Source: a virus
Taxonomy: Duplodnaviria > Caudoviricetes
Direction: 5' to 3' (one strand)
Length of the DNA stretch: 64,000 bases
IMG/VR virus record: IMGVR_UViG_3300032116_000009
A model generated the notes under the pieces. That model saw only the letters and a list, made by a program, of their open reading frames with translations, ran no database searches and was not told the origin of the DNA. Below are positions 9,532-17,687 of this stretch, in pieces (the stretch's first letter is position 1; every line of letters starts with the position of its first letter). Both the position numbers and the translations under genes were made by a program.

Positions 9532-9800
9532 TAGTCTTTAGGCATTTCTTCTGGATTTTCTAGAGCCACCTCGAAAAGAAGTGGATGACATAGTTCATCA
9601 ATCAGATAATTAGACCACCTATACATATCTTCAGATGTGTATGAATAATTATCTTCAGCTTCCATTTGAATATAAGGATCTTGTTGCATAATTAAAGGAA
9701 TATCATCAAATGTAAAAGGAATTCCATTGATGAAATACATGTCTACAATCTCACCATTGTGATAACAATATGCGGAGGTGATTTTGTAGTGGTAGGACAT
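9531..9800 (-). CDS. Conserved cyanophage hypothetical protein
   Basis: Operon-packed ORF (MYFINGIPFTFDD) overlapping its neighbours. Confidence 0.7.
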   Translation of the reverse strand: MSYHYKITSAYCYHNGEIVDMYFINGIPFTFDDIPLIMQQDPYIQMEAEDNYSYTSEDMYRWSNYLIDELCHPLLFEVALENPEEMPKD

Positions 9801-9801
9801 G

Positions 9802-10134
9802 TTATTCTATTTCTGCAATTTTATCTAGTCTTTCTAGAGTATTTTCCATTTCAGAAAATAACTCATTGACATTATTACCATTAAACCCAAGAAACTCTGC
9901 AGCTTCTTCAATTCTTTGTTTCATTTCTAGTGCTTCTGGGTCATCAGAAAGTGAGAGACGAAAGTATAAATTCTTCTGTTTCTCTAGAAAAGTTCTCATC
10001 AGTTCTACATGTTCCTTCTTTTCTTCCCTATTCATCATGGGAGCTTTAAAGGTTTCTCTAATAATACGTTGTTGAAGTTCTTCCATCTCTTTGATGGATT
10101 CTCTTACAATTTCGGATTGAAAAAATCCACTCAC
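9802..10134 (-). CDS. Conserved cyanophage protein (DUF1825-like)
   Basis: FFQSEIVR...EELQQ...LEKQKNLYFRLSLSDDPEA; in its usual position downstream of gp59. Confidence 0.75.
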   Translation of the reverse strand: MSGFFQSEIVRESIKEMEELQQRIIRETFKAPMMNREEKKEHVELMRTFLEKQKNLYFRLSLSDDPEALEMKQRIEEAAEFLGFNGNNVNELFSEMENTLERLDKIAEIE

Positions 10135-10721
10135 AATACAATCTCCTTTAGTGTCTGTGTGTACTTTTCCTTATCAATATTTAGGAAAGACTTGTATTTT
10201 TTTATACGCAAACTGACGGATTCCCACACAGGATCTAGTAGTTTTTTATCAAATTTTTTAGAAAAATTTAGGATTATATCCATTATAACGAAAGTTTCTA
10301 TGGATATTGCGTTTTGTAGATATTTTTTAAGAATATCTGGGTGAGATGAACCTTTAATCTCAAATAATGAATCAAAAGAATCTTTATGTAGAAACACTTC
10401 AGCCTCAGTTTTGAAGAGATAAGAAAGACTTTGTGATCTTTTTAACCAGTTGGTGTAATTTTTTTCACCTGACTCAATAATTTCACCGATCCAGAGTTTA
10501 GAAGGATCATCACATTCTACAAAATTAGCCAAGAAGTATTGACGGATCTCGTCATCAGATTTCTGACGAGACATACGTTCAAAGAAGTAACGATCTTTCC
10601 TTTTGTTAAAGGACTCTGTTGAAGCCCTGGACTTTCCGCAATATTGAAAATAATCGTAGTTTGGTTTAGTGAAATGATTCTTGAATGCCAGGTATGTTTT
10701 ATATACCTCTATTGGCGTCAT
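10131..10721 (-). CDS. gp59: Helicase loader gp59
   Basis: YLAFKNHFTKPNYDYFQYCGK...FNKRKDRYFFERMSR...ISIETFVI. Confidence 0.93.
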   Translation of the reverse strand: MTPIEVYKTYLAFKNHFTKPNYDYFQYCGKSRASTESFNKRKDRYFFERMSRQKSDDEIRQYFLANFVECDDPSKLWIGEIIESGEKNYTNWLKRSQSLSYLFKTEAEVFLHKDSFDSLFEIKGSSHPDILKKYLQNAISIETFVIMDIILNFSKKFDKKLLDPVWESVSLRIKKYKSFLNIDKEKYTQTLKEIVL

Positions 10722-10984
10722 CAGAATACTAATTTAGCACGACTTGTTTTTTTAAGAAAATTAAGTTGGGTTGCTTCGTTTCTTAATTTTTCTTTTAGTG
10801 GTTTAGAAATTAACTTTGATATCGATTCAAATTCAATTCCATTTTCTTCACAATAGGTTACAATAGCCTCTATGTAATTAATTTTAGATGTCATTACAAG
10901 ATACTCGATATCCTGTGCAAACTTTGACTGACAAAGAAACTTTTCTTTTATTAGTGAGTCTACTTGTTCAGTATTGTTATACAT
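10721..10984 (-). CDS. gp33: Late promoter transcription accessory protein gp33
   Basis: KFAQDIE...NYIEAIVTYCEENGIEFESISKLISKPLKEKL...LNFLK. Start set at ATG 10984, overlapping the exonuclease stop. Confidence 0.93.
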   Translation of the reverse strand: MYNNTEQVDSLIKEKFLCQSKFAQDIEYLVMTSKINYIEAIVTYCEENGIEFESISKLISKPLKEKLRNEATQLNFLKKTSRAKLVF

Positions 10985-11654
10985 AGGTTTCTGTTTTGTG
11001 AGTGACGAACTCTCGGATGTATTTGGTAAGAAGTTTAATATAGTGATCCTTGTTTCTTTTTTCATAGACAAAACATTCTCCATTGTCAGCGACCATAATT
11101 GTAATCAATTTTTTAACTGGAATACCAGTCATTTCATAATACATGCAAGCATATGCTGTTTCCTGGACAAAATAATTTTCAATCCATTCTTCTGGTTTTA
11201 TTTTCTTTGAAGTCTTGAAGTCAATAACTGCGAGCTCCCCTTCGTACTCTGCGATACAATCAACTCTGCCCGCAAGTCCGAAATAGTCACTATAGAGCGA
11301 CTTTTCCAAAGCATGTATATTATTTATACGATCAAGATAAGGTTTTGCCGCAAGAAATAGAAACTTCGTTACAGGAAGAGGATTGTATTTGTCAATGTCT
11401 TCATTCAACAAATACTTTTCAACAATGTCATGAAATTTTGTTCCTCGATCTGTTGCAACCTTAGTGATCTTATTGGCTTCTTCTTCACCAACTTTCTTAC
11501 GCCAATCAATGAATTTTTGTCTTCCGTAAAAACTAGTTACGGAAGTGATTGAAGGATATAATTTACCAGAAGGGACTCTGTAAAAACGAGTCCCTTCAAT
11601 CATTTCTGCTTGTAAATCAACTTCTTCTTTTAAATAATCTAAATGAACGAACAT
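10977..11654 (-). CDS. PD-(D/E)xK exonuclease (cyanophage exonuclease A-like)
   Basis: YPSITSV, RGTKFHDIVE, AGRVDCIAEYEGELAVIDFKTS and YFVQETAYA motifs. Confidence 0.88.
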   Translation of the reverse strand: MFVHLDYLKEEVDLQAEMIEGTRFYRVPSGKLYPSITSVTSFYGRQKFIDWRKKVGEEEANKITKVATDRGTKFHDIVEKYLLNEDIDKYNPLPVTKFLFLAAKPYLDRINNIHALEKSLYSDYFGLAGRVDCIAEYEGELAVIDFKTSKKIKPEEWIENYFVQETAYACMYYEMTGIPVKKLITIMVADNGECFVYEKRNKDHYIKLLTKYIREFVTHKTETYV

Positions 11655-12412
11655 TACATACCTAGAGCCAATTTAGTAACAATGTAGTTTTTGACTAGTC
11701 CAGAACGAACAATATCATCAACTCCAAATTCAACCATTGAGAAATCATATGTCATTGCACGAATAATTTTCATGAAATCAATAATTCCATTTCTTTCATT
11801 GGTTTTAATTAAGTCAGATTGAGTTGCGTCACCACAAAAAACAATCCTACTATTTTCACCAATACGAGTAATTATACTATCTAATTCATGGAAGTTCAAG
11901 TTTTGCATTTCATCTACAAGGACAATTGCATTATCAAGAGTAGTACCACGAATAAAACTTGTAGACCAGAATGAAATTGTTTCTTGAGCTTTCAGATTAC
12001 CATAGAGCATTTCAAAGTCTGCATCTGATGGAAGTTCAAACATGTACTTACACATGTTCTTATAAGGAATTTGATAAAGACTAGACTTATCTTCATGGTC
12101 TCCTGGAAGGAAACCAATTTCACGAGTAGCAACAAGAGATCTTACAATGTAAACTTTTTCATAAGGAGTTCTTTCATCAAGAACGTCTCTAAGAGCAAGG
12201 TACAATCCTACAAATGTTTTACCAGTACCAGCAGCACCATAGGCAAAAACATTCTTTCCTTTTTTATATTCATCAAAGAATAATTTTTGATTGTCAGTTA
12301 GTGGAGAAATGTCCACCATCAAATCCGAATTAATGGGCTTTTTGCGCCTCATTTGTTTGGCACTCATTCCGACTCCAATGTTGCCAGTTGATGATTTTCT
12401 TGATCTTGCCAT
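11654..12412 (-). CDS. phoH: PhoH-family ATPase
   Basis: Walker A GAAGTGKT; IGFLPGD, FIRGTTLD, DEMQN and GDATQSDL motifs. Confidence 0.95.
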   Translation of the reverse strand: MARSRKSSTGNIGVGMSAKQMRRKKPINSDLMVDISPLTDNQKLFFDEYKKGKNVFAYGAAGTGKTFVGLYLALRDVLDERTPYEKVYIVRSLVATREIGFLPGDHEDKSSLYQIPYKNMCKYMFELPSDADFEMLYGNLKAQETISFWSTSFIRGTTLDNAIVLVDEMQNLNFHELDSIITRIGENSRIVFCGDATQSDLIKTNERNGIIDFMKIIRAMTYDFSMVEFGVDDIVRSGLVKNYIVTKLALGM

Positions 12413-12655
12413 TTAGAGTTTTTTTACAGTAGAACCAGGTGCTTTTGAGGCTTTGTGGAGAACATCATTCCAGCCTGGATTTCTGGAGATCAGTTTATCT
12501 TTCCACTCACCGACTTCACCGACAGAAGCACATCCTTGAGACCAATCTTTGTCCCAATTAGGATTGTCCTTCCTCCATTGTTCATAGTCTTTCACAGACA
12601 TTACGAGTTCTTGAGTTTCGCCAGTTTCAAGATTGATTACAGGATATGTGGGCAT
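12413..12655 (-). CDS. Conserved cyanophage small protein (FmdB-like N-terminus)
   Basis: MPTYPVINLETGE...GEVGEW...GWNDVLHKASKAPGS; ATAAATA late promoter at 12678-12684. Confidence 0.75.
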   Translation of the reverse strand: MPTYPVINLETGETQELVMSVKDYEQWRKDNPNWDKDWSQGCASVGEVGEWKDKLISRNPGWNDVLHKASKAPGSTVKKL

Positions 12656-12680
12656 AAGATAATAATGACTATGAGTTTAT

Positions 12681-13484
12681 TTATTGGGTTATTTTTCGAG
12701 CAATGTAGTTTTGATTATCTACTTGTTCTACATTCCATTTTACCACAGGATCAACATAAAAGTCATCTCCTTTATATCTTTTGTACTTTTTCATATTAAG
12801 TACAGTATGGTGAGATAATATTGCATAGTCGATATAAGAATCAACATCTCTAGATTTTTTCACCAAAAGACTTTCAAGATCTTCTTTAATTTGTTGATTG
12901 GTGTGATATGCCTCAAAATTTTCTATTCTCTTTTTATTGTCATGTGAAAGAGTAAAAGCTGTTTGATGTGTGTGTCGTATTTTTTTATGTTTTAATCCAC
13001 ATAAGAGAAGTCTATTTACAATTTCATCGTCTTCCCAAGCTACAAACTCTCCCATATTTTCATTATACCCACCAATTTTTTGGTAGTTTTTTCTAGTAAC
13101 ATATAAAGTTCCCCATAGAGGTCTATAACATGGATGTGGTGGATTATACATTCCACTTACAAAACATGTATCATCTACTTCATATTGTTTGAAAAAATTA
13201 TAGTATGGATTCAAAATTGTATCCGAATCTAAGTTTAATATATTATCTCCTTTAGTCAAGCTAAATGCGAGATTTAATGACTGAGTTTTGTTAAAGTATT
13301 TTTGATCTGGAACATAAACTCTTTTTATTTTCTCACTAATCTTCAAGAGATGATCTGAAGACTTATCAGAACTCCAGTCTACGAATACAATTTCATCAAT
13401 TTCATCAAATAAAACCCAAGAATTTATGGATACACTAAGAGGATCTACCCTATTCATGCAAGCAGAAATTACCGACACACTCAT
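12681..13484 (-). CDS. Glycosyltransferase family 2 (GT2/GT7-like)
   Basis: SVISACMNR...IVFVDWSS...LNLA...LDSD...GGYNENM...WEDDE. Confidence 0.85.
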   Translation of the reverse strand: MSVSVISACMNRVDPLSVSINSWVLFDEIDEIVFVDWSSDKSSDHLLKISEKIKRVYVPDQKYFNKTQSLNLAFSLTKGDNILNLDSDTILNPYYNFFKQYEVDDTCFVSGMYNPPHPCYRPLWGTLYVTRKNYQKIGGYNENMGEFVAWEDDEIVNRLLLCGLKHKKIRHTHQTAFTLSHDNKKRIENFEAYHTNQQIKEDLESLLVKKSRDVDSYIDYAILSHHTVLNMKKYKRYKGDDFYVDPVVKWNVEQVDNQNYIARKITQ

Positions 13485-13493
13485 TTTTAACTT

Positions 13494-14636
13494 TTAGATA
13501 TTTGTAGGCTCAATTTTCTTTAAAATCTGTTCGACATCATGTAGTTCTTCTTCTACATTTTCTACTTCTTCAGAGTTATCTTGAACTTCTTCTTCATCAT
13601 CACACTGAATCTCTTCCATAAGTCTTTCCAACTCAGAAAAAGTTTCTTCCTCTAAATTTTGAAGTTCATGAAGTTTTTCTTTTTCAAAAGCAACATCAAC
13701 TTCTAATTCGATTTTGTTATTCAGTTCTTCCAACTCTTCTGGTTTATAAAGTTCTTTTTTCTTAGCTAAAAAGACACCAGGGAGAACTTCTTTAGTTTTC
13801 CAGTCAAATAATTTATATCGATAATAGCCTTTCCTATCATCTATATGTCTTTTAACGTTTGGATTATTAATAAAGTTTTTAACTCCAAACTCATGCATGT
13901 TTTTCTCTTTATGTTCTCTAGCCAAATGAGAATATTTTACTAATTGAACAGATGGATCTAACAAACCTAACATACCTTGAGGATGTTCTTTACCAGTAGT
14001 TTCTTGATAGATCTCAAATGCATTCTCATCAAATTTTTCTGAAGACTCTTCATATCCTTCAAAATTTTCTACCCTAACCCTATCTGGATGTGGAATATGG
14101 ATAGCAGAAAGAACTTTTAAATGAATTGGTAACGCTTCCAATCCAAAGGTTCTTAGGCGCATTACTAATTCATCATCTTCAACAGCATAATATTTACCCA
14201 TCTTTTCATTAAATCCATTTACGTTAATAAAGTCTTCTTTTCTAACATAAAGAATTCCCCAAAGAGGATGCACACAAGGATCATCAACTTTATCATTAAT
14301 TCCAGTATAAAAAATACCTTTTCGACCGAAACTATGGATATTAAAAAAATTATAATAAGGATTTAGGATATGATCACAATCTAATTTGAGTATATTTTCT
14401 TGTGTTGCAAATCTAGCTGCAAGATTTAATGGTTGCGATTGATTGAAATATTCTTCATTATTAACTCTAATGACTTTGATTCTAGAACTCAAAGAAGCTA
14501 AATGATGAATAGGTTGATCAGAACTCCAATCAACAATAATAATTTCTTTTACTTCGTCAAATAACAACCAAGAACTCAAAGAAATTTTAAGAGCATTCAA
14601 CCTATTTTTACAGGCACATATAATAGATACAGACAT
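13494..14636 (-). CDS. Glycosyltransferase family 2 paralog with acidic C-terminal tail
   Basis: SIICACKNR...IVDWSS...LNLA...LDCD...GFNEKM...EDDE; last ~90 aa are Glu-rich. Confidence 0.85.
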   Translation of the reverse strand: MSVSIICACKNRLNALKISLSSWLLFDEVKEIIIVDWSSDQPIHHLASLSSRIKVIRVNNEEYFNQSQPLNLAARFATQENILKLDCDHILNPYYNFFNIHSFGRKGIFYTGINDKVDDPCVHPLWGILYVRKEDFINVNGFNEKMGKYYAVEDDELVMRLRTFGLEALPIHLKVLSAIHIPHPDRVRVENFEGYEESSEKFDENAFEIYQETTGKEHPQGMLGLLDPSVQLVKYSHLAREHKEKNMHEFGVKNFINNPNVKRHIDDRKGYYRYKLFDWKTKEVLPGVFLAKKKELYKPEELEELNNKIELEVDVAFEKEKLHELQNLEEETFSELERLMEEIQCDDEEEVQDNSEEVENVEEELHDVEQILKKIEPTNI

Positions 14637-14637
14637 T

Positions 14638-14820
14638 TTATTGGCTCAACTCCATAATTGAATAATCTAAACTATGAATTTCTTCTGGATTTATTTCCTT
14701 TTTAACCATGTTTCCATCTTCATTATATTCTACAATCCACTTATCTTTATTTGAATTGTCTACAATTGTGCATGTTGTCCAACCATTGTCTTTGGATAGG
14801 GCTTGTGTTTGATAGTACAT
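14638..14820 (-). CDS. Hypothetical protein
   Basis: 60 aa ORF packed between thyX and GT2; preceded by a GGAGG SD. Confidence 0.6.
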   Translation of the reverse strand: MYYQTQALSKDNGWTTCTIVDNSNKDKWIVEYNEDGNMVKKEINPEEIHSLDYSIMELSQ

Positions 14821-14853
14821 GATTATACCTCCTATAGGGGCAATTTTATATAG

Positions 14854-15486
14854 TTACCATTCCAGTGCTTCAGCCACTGAAGGGAACTGTTCTTTAAAGA
14901 CTTCTTTGCAAGCCAAGGCAATATCCATGTGTTCTTTTTGAGTTCCATTTTCAGAACGCAGATTGATATAATGAATCCAACTACGGCAAGAGCCAGACAT
15001 GTAGATACGTGTAGGTGTAGCCAAGGGAAGAACAAAACGAGCACACTCCTTTGCAACACCATGAGAAAGAAGTTGTTTATAAAGTTGCATTGATTGTGCG
15101 AAGTGTTCTTGAATCTTACTTTGAAGAGTCAGTTTCTCATAGTCTGGAATATCATCAATTGAGTTCTGACGATTCTTGGTATCTTGACGACGAAGATCTG
15201 GAACAGGAATATAGTCACTCAACAAAGAAGAATCTGCATAACGTTGTGAAAATTCTTGATATGTAAACGAACGGTGTCGAAGGATTTGGGCTGCGATACC
15301 ACGATTCGTTTCAATTTCAAGAGTCATAAAAGACTGTTCAAAAACAGACCAATGATTATGCTTAATACAATAAGCAAGCAACTTGGCATAGTTTTCGTTG
15401 TCTTGATTCGCAGGATTACTAACTCGTGCAACATACGCCATTGTTTTTTCTGCATCAGGCGTTACCGAAATAAGTTTTACAGTCAT
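14854..15486 (-). CDS. thyX: Flavin-dependent thymidylate synthase ThyX
   Basis: ThyX motif RHRSFTYQEFSQRY; HWSVFE, ECARFVLP and TQKEH motifs. Confidence 0.97.
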   Translation of the reverse strand: MTVKLISVTPDAEKTMAYVARVSNPANQDNENYAKLLAYCIKHNHWSVFEQSFMTLEIETNRGIAAQILRHRSFTYQEFSQRYADSSLLSDYIPVPDLRRQDTKNRQNSIDDIPDYEKLTLQSKIQEHFAQSMQLYKQLLSHGVAKECARFVLPLATPTRIYMSGSCRSWIHYINLRSENGTQKEHMDIALACKEVFKEQFPSVAEALEW

Positions 15487-15495
15487 TTCAATTCC

Positions 15496-15663
15496 TCAAT
15501 CTGGGTATCCATCGTCGTCAAAAACCTCATCATAATCACTGATATGATTCAGGTTTTCTTTTGGTTGTTTGTAAGAATCTGGATCCGAATAAACTTCAGA
15601 TTTAAGTGCATCTACAAGTGATTCCAAATTTCTTACGATTAATTTTAGTCTTTCTTTATCCAT
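15496..15663 (-). CDS. Conserved cyanophage small protein (MDKERLKLIVRNLESLVDALKSEVYSD...)
   Basis: Hand-translated 55 aa ORF directly upstream of thyX. Confidence 0.7.
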   Translation of the reverse strand: MDKERLKLIVRNLESLVDALKSEVYSDPDSYKQPKENLNHISDYDEVFDDDGYPD

Positions 15664-15693
15664 GGAATAATAGTTCTCTCATCCATTTTACCA

Positions 15694-15720
15694 TAAAAAA
15701 AGGAGGGGATCAACCCTCCT
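15694..15720 (-). terminator. Intrinsic terminator closing the DUF4278 operon
   Basis: GGAGGG-loop-CCCTCC followed by T7 on the minus strand. Confidence 0.8.
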
Positions 15721-15727
15721 CAATAAT

Positions 15728-15817
15728 TTACTTATAAATCCATTGAATATACAAGGATAACATTATCGTAGTTAAAGCAATTGCAGCAGTAGACGATATG
15801 ATGATTTGTGCCATCAT
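15728..15817 (-). CDS. Small membrane peptide (29 aa)
   Basis: MMAQIIISSTAAIALTTIMLSLYIQWIYK; ATGA overlap with the upstream ORF. Confidence 0.5.
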   Translation of the reverse strand: MMAQIIISSTAAIALTTIMLSLYIQWIYK

Positions 15818-15912
15818 TTTGCCCCTACTAATTGTGCAAGTTGAGCTTGATAACGACGATCTTGTTTTTGTTTTTGTTCTTTAATGAGTTGTAGGAAGTT
15901 AAGTTTTTTCAC
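15814..15912 (-). CDS. Small basic peptide (MKKLNFLQLIKEQKQKQDRRYQAQLAQLVGAK)
   Basis: GTG start overlaps the DUF4278 stop (GTGA) and has a GGAGG SD. Confidence 0.55.
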   Translation of the reverse strand: MKKLNFLQLIKEQKQKQDRRYQAQLAQLVGAK

Positions 15913-16067
15913 TTCTGCACCTCCATGTTTTTGCATGGACGATACGCTACTCCACGATATGTATTTTGTGGATGAGCAGGAGCGTGTGTTTTGTTATACC
16001 AAGACACATACTCTTTCTTTGCATCTTCAGTGTCGTACTGACACCCTCTATAAACGACTTTAGACAT
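15909..16067 (-). CDS. DUF4278-family small protein
   Basis: Two YRG motifs (VVYRGCQY...TYRGVAY), the DUF4278 hallmark; AAGGAG SD at 16073-16080. Confidence 0.8.
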   Translation of the reverse strand: MSKVVYRGCQYDTEDAKKEYVSWYNKTHAPAHPQNTYRGVAYRPCKNMEVQK

Positions 16068-16097
16068 TAGGGTTCTCCTTAATTTTGAGGCTAAAGA

Positions 16098-16270
16098 GCG
16101 TTCCTTCAGTCGGCTTTTGCGTCTATAAAGCAACCTTTTTTAGTTACTTGTTTAACCTCCCAAACTATATCATTTCTTTGTTGAGCGTCCAATTTTGGAT
16201 GGGTAATTACCCTCCCAATAATAAAATTGGCCTGAAGACAAGTTAAAAGGAATGCTTCCATAGATGAACG
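16098..16270 (-). ncRNA. glnA-type (glutamine) riboswitch aptamer 2 with a 133-nt P2 loop
   Basis: P1 CGTTC/GAACG; P2 TCTAT (16264-16260) pairs with ATAGA (16126-16122); junction CGCAAAA-AGCCGACT-GAAGGAACGC resembles the glnA motif 3' half. Confidence 0.7.
16106..16261 (-). CDS. Small C-x35-C protein nested in aptamer 2
   Basis: MEAFLLTCLQANF...KKGCFIDAKAD (51 aa); AUG in the P2 stem, stop in the aptamer 3' half. Confidence 0.65.
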   Translation of the reverse strand: MEAFLLTCLQANFIIGRVITHPKLDAQQRNDIVWEVKQVTKKGCFIDAKAD

Positions 16271-16273
16271 ATC

Positions 16274-16519
16274 CGTTCCGAGTCGGCTTACTTCCGTCCT
16301 ATTCAGTTTTAGCACTTATTGACAACATCCTTTCGGAGTTCTAATAGCAATCGGTCTTCTACTCTTTGAATAACTACATCGTCGTTTTTAACGATGTCCA
16401 TTAGTTCCCACGCTGCGTCACAACTTATACTCACAGGAAATGACTTTGGTTGTGGCGTAGAAACAGAAAGAAGTGGAACCCATGCCAAAAGCAAAAGTGC
16501 CTTAGTCATAGGATGAACG
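16274..16519 (-). ncRNA. glnA-type (glutamine) riboswitch aptamer 1 with a 205-nt P2 loop
   Basis: P1 CGTTC/GAACG; P2 TCCTAT (16513-16508) pairs with ATAGGA (16302-16297); CGGAAGTA junction as in the glnA motif; only 3 nt from aptamer 2. Confidence 0.72.
16309..16509 (-). CDS. Small C-x35-C protein with hydrophobic N-terminus nested in aptamer 1
   Basis: 66 aa ORF starting in the P2 5' strand and otherwise contained in the P2 loop; signal-like LLLLAWVPLL. Confidence 0.65.
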   Translation of the reverse strand: MTKALLLLAWVPLLSVSTPQPKSFPVSISCDAAWELMDIVKNDDVVIQRVEDRLLLELRKDVVNKC

Positions 16520-16529
16520 TTAGAGGATT

Positions 16530-16559
16530 ATTATACCTCTATTCATACTATCTATGCAA
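16530..16559 (-). promoter_or_regulatory. Sigma70-type promoter for the riboswitch/DUF4278 operon
   Basis: TTGCAT-N18-TATAAT; predicted TSS about 16522, just before aptamer 1. Confidence 0.65.
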
Positions 16560-16566
16560 GTTATTT

Positions 16567-16582
16567 TGTATTATTTGTTACA
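16567..16582. promoter_or_regulatory. NtcA binding site
   Basis: TGTA-ACAAATAA-TACA on the minus strand, the exact cyanobacterial TGTA-N8-TACA consensus, just upstream of the -35 box. Confidence 0.75.
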
Positions 16583-16583
16583 A

Positions 16584-16901
16584 TTAATCTCTTTGTCTCC
16601 AATCATCTGGTTTATCACCAGAAAAGAAGTCGATTATATCATCTACACTATTGAATCCTGTTCTATGATTTGAAGGATCTGGATCACCTAAATCTAGTTG
16701 ATTCATAAAGTCATCCATATCACCTTCTTGCATATTGGGATTAGCAGCACGTCGTCTTGCTTGTCTTAAAATTGTTGCTGCACTTCTGTTAGACTTAGAT
16801 AATTTTTCTGCCCATATCATATCACTTAGCTCTACAGATTCACCTTTTGCAATTCGTTCACAGATTGCTTCTAGGCGAAGACGGTATTGAGTAGAGAGCA
16901 T
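16584..16901 (-). CDS. Conserved cyanophage hypothetical protein
   Basis: MLSTQYRLRLEAICERI...WAEKL...LRQARR...LDLGDPDPSNH; CTAAATA late promoter upstream at 16922-16928. Confidence 0.8.
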   Translation of the reverse strand: MLSTQYRLRLEAICERIAKGESVELSDMIWAEKLSKSNRSAATILRQARRRAANPNMQEGDMDDFMNQLDLGDPDPSNHRTGFNSVDDIIDFFSGDKPDDWRQRD

Positions 16902-16928
16902 ATACTTCTCCAGATATAGTGTATTTAG

Positions 16929-17255
16929 TTAACGCTCAATATAACTTAGTGTGTGATTTGTTGCATTTAGTTGTGCAATTATTATATCACATCCTATTTT
17001 TGGATTACAATCTCCACATGTATAAACATCACATGCGGCTTTACCATCTTCCGGCCAAGTATGAATACTTATATGACTCTCAGATAATAAACAGAGTACA
17101 GTTACTCCTTGTGGATCAAATTTTTTAAAGATAGTTTGACATACAGTTGCTCCACTTGCAGCTGCTGCATTTTCTAAGAGATCCATAAGAAAATGCTCAT
17201 CGTTCAAGTGAGCGAATGAGCATCCAAACAAGTTAAGAAGATAGTGCTTTCCCAT
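16929..17255 (-). CDS. speD: S-adenosylmethionine decarboxylase proenzyme
   Basis: GKHYLLNLFGC, FDPQGVT, LSESHISIHTWPE (pyruvoyl cleavage site) and DVYTCG. Confidence 0.93.
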   Translation of the reverse strand: MGKHYLLNLFGCSFAHLNDEHFLMDLLENAAAASGATVCQTIFKKFDPQGVTVLCLLSESHISIHTWPEDGKAACDVYTCGDCNPKIGCDIIIAQLNATNHTLSYIER

Positions 17256-17405
17256 TTAAGTAGGATTGTCCTCCTGATCCTTTAGTAAACGACTTACGAT
17301 TTGTTCTCTTCCGTCCATCATGGCTACAGTGTAAATAGAAGATCGCATATACCTTTTAATTTTTTTATACTGTTTTTTCACTTCCTTGATTTGATCAAGG
17401 TTCAT
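17256..17405 (-). CDS. Hypothetical protein
   Basis: MNLDQIKEVKKQYKKIKRYMRS; operon packing. Confidence 0.55.
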   Translation of the reverse strand: MNLDQIKEVKKQYKKIKRYMRSSIYTVAMMDGREQIVSRLLKDQEDNPT

Positions 17406-17428
17406 TTGAATATTTAAATCACCAGAAA

Positions 17429-17686
17429 TTACTTTTTCTTTTTCTTCTCTGGTGGTTGATAGTTCCACATCTTTGGATTGATCGTTCCGTCCGTCCATTT
17501 AATACCTCTCACATCTCTGTACTTATCCCAATAATAATTAAAAATATCAACTTGTGATCCAGCTTGAACTACATCATACTGGACATCATCATCTATACCA
17601 TAAGTAACTAGATATGAGTTCCTGGGCAGATCACGATTTTTTGCAAGAACGGGATCACAATTTCCATGAATAATATTCACTGACAT
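17429..17686 (-). CDS. Conserved cyanophage hypothetical protein
   Basis: MSVNIIHGNCDP...LPRNSYLVTY...FNYYWDKY...GTINPKMW. Confidence 0.75.
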   Translation of the reverse strand: MSVNIIHGNCDPVLAKNRDLPRNSYLVTYGIDDDVQYDVVQAGSQVDIFNYYWDKYRDVRGIKWTDGTINPKMWNYQPPEKKKKK

Positions 17687-17687
17687 A

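Noticed and set aside
10977-11654. Cas4-like nuclease suggesting a CRISPR system
   Set aside because: It is the ordinary PD-(D/E)xK exonuclease of the gp33/phoH module; I saw no repeat-spacer array anywhere in the window.
16068-16133. N-terminal extension of DUF4278 given by the ORF track (TTG 16133)
   Set aside because: It runs through the aptamer 3' half, whereas ATG 16067 has a strong AAGGAG SD; kept only as a side note in the riboswitch finding.
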